Shown: piece after piece, positions 14,506 to 20,000 of the stretch
Layout: each line of letters opens with the position of its first letter
How positions within the stretch are numbered: the stretch's first letter is position 1
Source of the DNA: an uncultured virus (IMG/VR IMGVR_UViG_3300031994_000074)
Taxonomy: Duplodnaviria > Heunggongvirae > Uroviricota > Caudoviricetes
Reading direction: 5' to 3' (one strand)
Length of the DNA stretch: 20,000 nucleotides
IMG/VR virus record: IMGVR_UViG_3300031994_000074
Made by a program: the position numbers and the translations under genes
Notes under the pieces: generated by a model
What the model was told of the DNA's origin: nothing
Databases searched by the model: none
What the model saw: only the letters and a program-made list of their open reading frames with translations

Positions 14506-15039
14506 ATGAGACACTGCGAAAATTGCAGGTATCTTTCATCCACAGGCGGTGAATATCCGGAAACGTATTGTCCTCTTGTTTCGGAAGATGATCCGAAATT
14601 CGAGGATGACGGGGAAGGATGCGGGTGCCTCTACAATCTGCGGACGCTGAAGAAACTGGCGCGAGAACGGGATGAAGCAGAATACCGTGAGTATATCGGA
14701 TATGACGATTTCATGCTTGTCAACGGCATCGACATGACAGAAGAGGATAATAAGAAACTGAAGCAGATTGTCCTGGTCATGATGCATACCATCGGGATGT
14801 GGCCGGAAGGACTGCGGCATCCGTACAAACGTCACGGAAAGATTTTTTACAGGCCGTACCGTAATTATTTTAATACTGCACCAAATTGCGGCGGTTATTG
14901 GATGTGGGAACGGATGCAAAAGGCGGGTCACGCAGAGGTCGCAAAAAGCGGTAAAGGAGAGTTCTGGCACCTGACCAGGCGCGGACTGGATTGGCTTGAG
15001 CTGAAACTGGACATGAAGATCTATGACGAGGAAGATTAG
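14506..15039 (+). CDS. Hypothetical protein
   Basis: N-terminal CENC...C...GC; C-terminal HTIG...RPYRNYF...WHLTRRG. Confidence 0.75.
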   Translation: MRHCENCRYLSSTGGEYPETYCPLVSEDDPKFEDDGEGCGCLYNLRTLKKLARERDEAEYREYIGYDDFMLVNGIDMTEEDNKKLKQIVLVMMHTIGMWPEGLRHPYKRHGKIFYRPYRNYFNTAPNCGGYWMWERMQKAGHAEVAKSGKGEFWHLTRRGLDWLELKLDMKIYDEED

Positions 15040-15050
15040 GAGAGCGAACA

Positions 15051-15461
15051 ATGGACGCAAAAGAAAGGCTGTATAGCGCGGCGACGCAAGAATTCGATCA
15101 GTGCGTTGAAAGATACATGAATAAAATCAAGAATTGTTTGTGGGGAATGATCTGCCATGCTTACAATGAAGGCCTGAAAGACGGCATCATTAAAGAGAAG
15201 AAAAAGGAACGAGAACAAAAGCAGGAGGTAAGCATCGGGGATGTGTTTATTTCCTTTCCACGAGACGAATTGATGGTTGTGACCGGATTCTCCGGAACGG
15301 AGGACGCGCTGATGCTTTTCCAGGACGGACACACAGAATGCTACGCGCTGGAGACCCTGGATGGAGAATGTGACTGTATGCGCACAAAACAAAAGTTCGA
15401 CATCCGGGAGAAATTCAATGAAATGAGGGAGAATCATGGGAAGAAATTTTCTGGAAGGTGA
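15051..15461 (+). CDS. Hypothetical protein
   Basis: AGGAG RBS; fits the operon packing. Confidence 0.7.
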   Translation: MDAKERLYSAATQEFDQCVERYMNKIKNCLWGMICHAYNEGLKDGIIKEKKKEREQKQEVSIGDVFISFPRDELMVVTGFSGTEDALMLFQDGHTECYALETLDGECDCMRTKQKFDIREKFNEMRENHGKKFSGR

Positions 15462-15645
15462 GTACATTATCTACCAGAACGTCGACAGGTACGAAATCGG
15501 GAAGATTAAGCGGATCGTGAATGACGGAGCATTCGTATGGTACCACAGCGGAGTCACTGCCGCTAAGACGCCGTTTGACTGTATGCATAAACTGAAAAAC
15601 GGGTATGTTATTGGCGAAACAAGCCTTGGCGGAAGCATGACATAA
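15436..15645 (+). CDS. Hypothetical protein
   Basis: GAGGGAG RBS; overlaps the upstream gene. Confidence 0.65.
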   Translation: MGRNFLEGEYIIYQNVDRYEIGKIKRIVNDGAFVWYHSGVTAAKTPFDCMHKLKNGYVIGETSLGGSMT

Positions 15646-15658
15646 GGAGGAAACAGCT

Positions 15659-16005
15659 ATGAAAATCAGGCCCGGCATGGAAGAAAAGATCAGGAAGGGT
15701 ACAACAAGAACCTTGACCCATACGGCCATGCCGTATACACCTTTGCGGAGCGCTGGGCTGGGCTGATGGAGAAGGAAATCGAGGAATGCGGAGGACCGAC
15801 GGCAGCAGCGATTGCAAACTTTGAAAAGCGCGGAGATGAAGCGGACACGGAGGGCATCACCGGCTTCATGTACGGATGCGCGGTCAGCATTCTTTCTGAT
15901 TGCTGGGAATACGGCGAAATCCTCCGGAAATGGCACAACAAGGAGTATGGTTATGAAGGAGATGGCGTTGTGAACCCGGCAATCCTGACCGTATCCGCAA
16001 AATAA
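15659..16005 (+). pseudogene. Hypothetical protein with an apparent frameshift near 15685-15690
   Basis: Strong AAGGAGG RBS and ATG 15659 (MKIRPGMEEK) are out of frame with the open frame QEGYNKNLDPYG...AILTVSAK* ending at 16005. Confidence 0.55.
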
Positions 16006-16124
16006 TGAGTTGTTTTGATTCTGAACTTTCTTTTTTTGCAGTATACAAACACGATACGTGAGCGGTATAATACAGTACGCACACGACAGAACAAACGAAT
16101 AGACATAGACGGAGATGTGGTGGA

Positions 16125-16592
16125 ATGAGCGGCAGGGCAGGTTCGAACCGGGTGGGAAAAAGCAACAAGGAAATCGGAAACCGGTTTGAAAGCGAAATGA
16201 GCAAAATCCTTGGGGAAAACGGATTCTGGTGTCATGTGATGCAGCAGAACAAGGCAGGGCAGCCCGCCGATCTGATCGCCGTGAAGGGCAGATACCATGT
16301 GCTGATTGACTGCAAGGATATGAGCCACGACCGGTTCGAGTTTTACAGGGTGGAGGAGAATCAGCGGCTTGCCATGCAACGATTTTATGAGCGCGGCGGA
16401 CATGGCGGCTGGTTTGCACTGAAGCTGCCGGACGGGGAAATCCGGATGCTGAGCTTTGCGAGGATTCTCTTTCTTGAGCGCGAGGGACGGAAGTCTGTCG
16501 GCGGGGCGCTCCTGACGGAATGGACATGGACGCTGCAAGATTGGCTTAACGCTGCGAACGGGAGAGCTTTTGATGAAAACAACGATCAGTAA
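16125..16592 (+). CDS. Holliday junction resolvase-like PD-(D/E)XK nuclease
   Basis: GNRFE...PADLIA...LIDCK...ENQ. Confidence 0.75.
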   Translation: MSGRAGSNRVGKSNKEIGNRFESEMSKILGENGFWCHVMQQNKAGQPADLIAVKGRYHVLIDCKDMSHDRFEFYRVEENQRLAMQRFYERGGHGGWFALKLPDGEIRMLSFARILFLEREGRKSVGGALLTEWTWTLQDWLNAANGRAFDENNDQ

Positions 16593-17985
16593 CATGATCC
16601 GGGTGGAGGATCCGGATGCGGCGGTGCGTGAATACGCGGATACGCTGCGGCTGCCGAACCCGGAATACGAGAAAAAGCAGCGAATGGGATTCTGCACGCG
16701 ATGGACGCCAAAGGAAATCCGCTTGTTTGAGCGGGACGGGAACGCGATGATATTTCCATTCGGGCTGATGAAAGAGCTTTGGCCGATAGTGCGGCGGGGA
16801 GAATGGAATCTGGACTTCCGGCAGGACGAGACGGTGGAGTACGGGGACACCGATATAGGTCTATACGATTATCAACAGGTCGCCGTACAGAAGATGATCG
16901 AAGCAAAGTACGGGATTCTGAAAGCCGGTTGCGGAAGCGGAAAGACTCAATGTGCGATAGCCATTATCAAAGCGTTGCGGAAGAAAACGCTTTGGCTGTG
17001 CAACAAACACGACCTGCTGAAACAGAGTATCGACAGGGCAAAGATGTATATCGACCCGTCGCTGTTCGGCATTATCGCAGCCGGAAAGATCAACATTGGA
17101 ACCGGCATCACGTTCGCAACCGTACAGACGCTTGCCAAATCTGACCTGGCACGATTCCGGCATTGCTGGGATGTGATTATCGTTGACGAATGCCATGCCG
17201 TAAGTTCTTCGGCGTCCACAGTCACGATGTATCAACGGGTGCTGAATAATTTGGCGGCGCGTCACGTATTTGGCCTGACTGCCACTCCACATCGAGGAGA
17301 CGGGCTGATTAAGGCGACATACTCACTGATTGGGGAAGTGGCGTATGAAATACCGAAAGAAGCGACTGCAAGCAAAACAACGCCGGTAAAAATCCGGACG
17401 GTTGAAACCGGAACGGAGCTGTCCGAAGAATGCTTGAACGAAGACGGGACGCTTGACGTGATTAAACTGATTACCTTCCTGACAAACGATTGCGAGCGGA
17501 ACAAGCTGATCGCAAAGTGCATCATGGACGCGAAAGATCACAGCTGCATGATCCTTTCTAACCGGCTGGACCAGCTCAAAGCCATTCGGAACCTTCTGCC
17601 GTATGAAATGCAGCAACAGTCCGTATACATCGACGGAAAAATGACGAGCAAGACCGCAAAGGAAGAACGCGAACAGGCCATGAAACAGATGCGGAGCGGG
17701 GAAAAGAAATACTTTTTTGGATCTTTCCAGATCGCTCGTGAAGGACTCGATATCCCCCGTCTCGACCGGCTGTTTATGGCTTCCCCCGTGAAGGATGAGG
17801 CGATTGTGGAGCAGAGCGTAGGCAGAATCCGCAGGACGCACGAAAGCAAGAAGGACGTACCGGTTGTGTATGACTTTAAGGACAAGAACATAGGGAAATG
17901 CGTCCGGTGGTACAAGGAACGATGCAAAGTGTACCGGAGCATTGAAGCAGAGTTTGAAAAGGGTTTTCTTGGAACGCTGTGTTAA
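16573..17985 (+). CDS. Superfamily 2 (DExH) helicase
   Basis: GCGSGKT, IVDECH, GLTATP, EGLDIP and QSVGRIRR motifs. Confidence 0.93.
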   Translation: MKTTISNMIRVEDPDAAVREYADTLRLPNPEYEKKQRMGFCTRWTPKEIRLFERDGNAMIFPFGLMKELWPIVRRGEWNLDFRQDETVEYGDTDIGLYDYQQVAVQKMIEAKYGILKAGCGSGKTQCAIAIIKALRKKTLWLCNKHDLLKQSIDRAKMYIDPSLFGIIAAGKINIGTGITFATVQTLAKSDLARFRHCWDVIIVDECHAVSSSASTVTMYQRVLNNLAARHVFGLTATPHRGDGLIKATYSLIGEVAYEIPKEATASKTTPVKIRTVETGTELSEECLNEDGTLDVIKLITFLTNDCERNKLIAKCIMDAKDHSCMILSNRLDQLKAIRNLLPYEMQQQSVYIDGKMTSKTAKEEREQAMKQMRSGEKKYFFGSFQIAREGLDIPRLDRLFMASPVKDEAIVEQSVGRIRRTHESKKDVPVVYDFKDKNIGKCVRWYKERCKVYRSIEAEFEKGFLGTLC

Positions 17986-18032
17986 AAGCGGCCCATTGCG
18001 GAATATGCATGTGAGCATTGGGGGAAACGTGA

Positions 18033-18242
18033 ATGAGAACCACGAAGAAGGATTTGTCTGAACTGAAGCCGTTTGAAAAGCACGGGACATGCGAATTGTG
18101 CGGAAGTCATAACGCCGAACTGCACGTACTGATTCTGCCGGACTGGACTGGGTGGGCATGTAATGAGTGCCGCGAGCAGATGCAGATGTGCTATCTTCGG
18201 CAAATTCAGTCGGCTGCTGGACATTCGGAGCCGGAAGAATAG
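18033..18242 (+). CDS. Small zinc-finger hypothetical protein
   Basis: CELC...CNEC. Confidence 0.65.
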   Translation: MRTTKKDLSELKPFEKHGTCELCGSHNAELHVLILPDWTGWACNECREQMQMCYLRQIQSAAGHSEPEE

Positions 18243-18251
18243 GAGGACGGA

Positions 18252-18443
18252 ATGAGAGTTACGAAACCGGGAGAGATCGTGAAATTCATTTGCAGGGCGT
18301 GCGGATGCGAGTTTGTTGCTGGGATCAACGCCGCAAAGACCAATGACAAAGGAGAAAACTACTACTGCCATTGTCCGACGTGCGGGAGCGAATGCCATGC
18401 GGACGTGAACAAAAGAAGCAAGGGGGAATGGTTTGTTGGATAA
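18252..18443 (+). CDS. Small zinc-ribbon protein
   Basis: CRACGCEF...CPTCG; AGGAGG RBS. Confidence 0.75.
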   Translation: MRVTKPGEIVKFICRACGCEFVAGINAAKTNDKGENYYCHCPTCGSECHADVNKRSKGEWFVG

Positions 18444-18690
18444 CAGCAATCAGAAAAGCAACAAAGAACCGGAGCAAAAGGCAGTAAACGATCAGGAGAA
18501 AACAGTACCTTCGTCCGATATCCTGAACAGTCTGAAAGCGGAGTTGTTTGACCCGGAACTGGCGGAAAAGTATCAGAAAGCGCAGGAGGCGGCACAGGCG
18601 TTCTTTGCGATATATACAGAACTGCAGCGGGCCGGGTTCACGAAGCAGGAAGCGTATGGGATGGTCATTGCCATGTGCGGAGGGAAATGA
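18433..18690 (+). CDS. Hypothetical protein
   Basis: Helical ...LQRAGFTKQEAY; fits the operon packing. Confidence 0.6.
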   Translation: MLDNSNQKSNKEPEQKAVNDQEKTVPSSDILNSLKAELFDPELAEKYQKAQEAAQAFFAIYTELQRAGFTKQEAYGMVIAMCGGK

Positions 18691-18707
18691 AATGGGGTGA
18701 GAGCGAT

Positions 18708-19175
18708 ATGACGTACGGCGAACTGTACAATTATGTCAGGAAACAGATGGAAGGATTTTCTGGGGAACAGATTGACGACTGGCGCCCTGCGGCTGGTTTC
18801 TACATTGATGACATTGTAAAGACCGACGCGGACGGTTCTATGGTTCCTAATGGCATCCGGCTGTGGCTGACGAACGGTGATTCGGTCATCTATGCTTTTA
18901 CGGGGAAGACCTTGAAAGGCACGTCGCAGGCAAAAACAAACAACACGGGATCAGGCGATGCCAAAGCGCCGGATCACGCATCGAAGAAACCGCCGCTTGG
19001 GTGCAAACCATACTATATCCACATTGCTGCACGCATCCAGGAACTGTGTGAGGCGATTGAAAGGAACACGGTGGAGAAGAACAGGCACAACAAGATCCGG
19101 CTGTGGCTGAAGGAGATATGGCTTCTGAACGAAGTGGACCTGGAGATGCAGCGCGAGGAGAAAAGCAAGGCCTGA
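18708..19175 (+). CDS. Hypothetical protein
   Basis: IDDWRP...GIRLWLTNGDSVIY and KPPLG.KP segments; start position uncertain (18687 or 18708). Confidence 0.7.
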   Translation: MTYGELYNYVRKQMEGFSGEQIDDWRPAAGFYIDDIVKTDADGSMVPNGIRLWLTNGDSVIYAFTGKTLKGTSQAKTNNTGSGDAKAPDHASKKPPLGCKPYYIHIAARIQELCEAIERNTVEKNRHNKIRLWLKEIWLLNEVDLEMQREEKSKA

Positions 19176-19188
19176 AAAGAGGACAAAG

Positions 19189-19485
19189 ATGGACATTTTC
19201 AAGAAGTTCCGTAAGAAACAGAAAGAACCGCCCGGACCGCTGGATAACGCCATCTTTTGTATGAACTATTACAACAGGACGATTAAGGATAAGGCGGTTC
19301 CGTGCCCGATACACGGGGCAGATCCAATTGTGCTGATAGACATTACGAAAAGTCCGCATGAGGGAATAGTTATGTGTCGTACGTCTGAGTGCGAGATAGG
19401 TACGATTACCGGAAATCCATATGAAGTGGAAAAACAGTGGAATGAAAGGTGCAGCGAATATGAGGAAGTCAGTGCTCAACGTTGA
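19189..19485 (+). CDS. Hypothetical protein with Lar-like zinc pattern
   Basis: PCPIHG...CRTSEC...KQWNER; GAGG RBS. Confidence 0.65.
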   Translation: MDIFKKFRKKQKEPPGPLDNAIFCMNYYNRTIKDKAVPCPIHGADPIVLIDITKSPHEGIVMCRTSECEIGTITGNPYEVEKQWNERCSEYEEVSAQR

Positions 19486-19563
19486 AGCGACAGCCGCAGA
19501 GATTGTGGAAGTCGCCGCAAAGATCGCCTGGCGCGGCGCGTTCCTGACTGGAGGCTTCTGACC

Positions 19564-19998
19564 GTGGACGTTCAGTACATTGCGGAACGGATCCGGGAAG
19601 AGGTGCCTGCGCTGGAGGCGGCCAGGATGCTCGGGCTTGACGTGGACGGACATGGGCGGTGCGCGTGTCCGTTTCACCACGGGCAGGACCGGAACATGCG
19701 CATTTATCCCGGGGACCGTGGATGCTACTGTTTCGTATGCCATGCGTTCGGCGGAACGATTGACCTGGTGAAGCAAGTGAACGGATGCGGGTTCATGGAC
19801 GCGGTGCGGTGGATTGAGGACACGTTTCGGCTTGGGCTTGACCTGGACGAAAATAACTGGCGGTCGCGGGAACGAAACGCGGCGAGATACGCAAGGCGGA
19901 ACGGAGGCGGACGTGGCAATGCCGAGAGAAAGCATCGCGGAGCGCATGAAGCAGGCGGTGTACCACAGCGAGAGCGAGACGCGGCGACGGGAGTATGA
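19564..19998 (+). CDS. CHC2 zinc-finger protein (primase zinc-binding domain)
   Basis: CPFHHGQDRNM...CYCFVCHAFGGTIDLVKQ; GGAGG RBS. Confidence 0.85.
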   Translation: MDVQYIAERIREEVPALEAARMLGLDVDGHGRCACPFHHGQDRNMRIYPGDRGCYCFVCHAFGGTIDLVKQVNGCGFMDAVRWIEDTFRLGLDLDENNWRSRERNAARYARRNGGGRGNAERKHRGAHEAGGVPQRERDAATGV

Positions 19999-20000
19999 GC

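Noticed and set aside
19460..20000. Small ORF 19460-19561 and partial ORF from 19913/19919
   Set aside because: Plausible but too short or truncated to support.
1..20000. CRISPR array or insertion sequence
   Set aside because: No regularly spaced repeats, transposase or terminal inverted repeats seen.

Overview
This window looks like a temperate phage genome, probably from a Bacillota/Clostridia host, in its excised (attP) form. 3663-20000 is a standard lysogeny plus early module: attP in the 3' part of tRNA-Pro(GGG), tyrosine integrase, ImmA-like peptidase, repressor/Cro switch, Xis-like protein, two DNA methyltransferases (one split at a G8 tract), RecE-like exonuclease, SSB, resolvase-like nuclease, SF2 helicase and a CHC2 zinc-finger protein. 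The unusual part is 869-3142, a ~2.3-kb minus-strand RNA operon driven by a near-consensus sigma-A promoter that overlaps a predicted phage operator. It holds four tRNAs (Tyr, Gly, Met, Asn), a tmRNA, two permuted tRNA-mimic RNAs of YrlA/Y-RNA architecture, several oversized or partial tRNA-like RNAs, and a covarying hairpin motif present three times. The operon runs into a Pol-beta (RlaP-like) nucleotidyltransferase and a truncated ORF whose N-terminus resembles Ro60/TROVE proteins. Together these suggest a phage-encoded RNA repair / translation rescue / tRNA-decoy system. All family calls come from motif recognition by eye; no database search was run.
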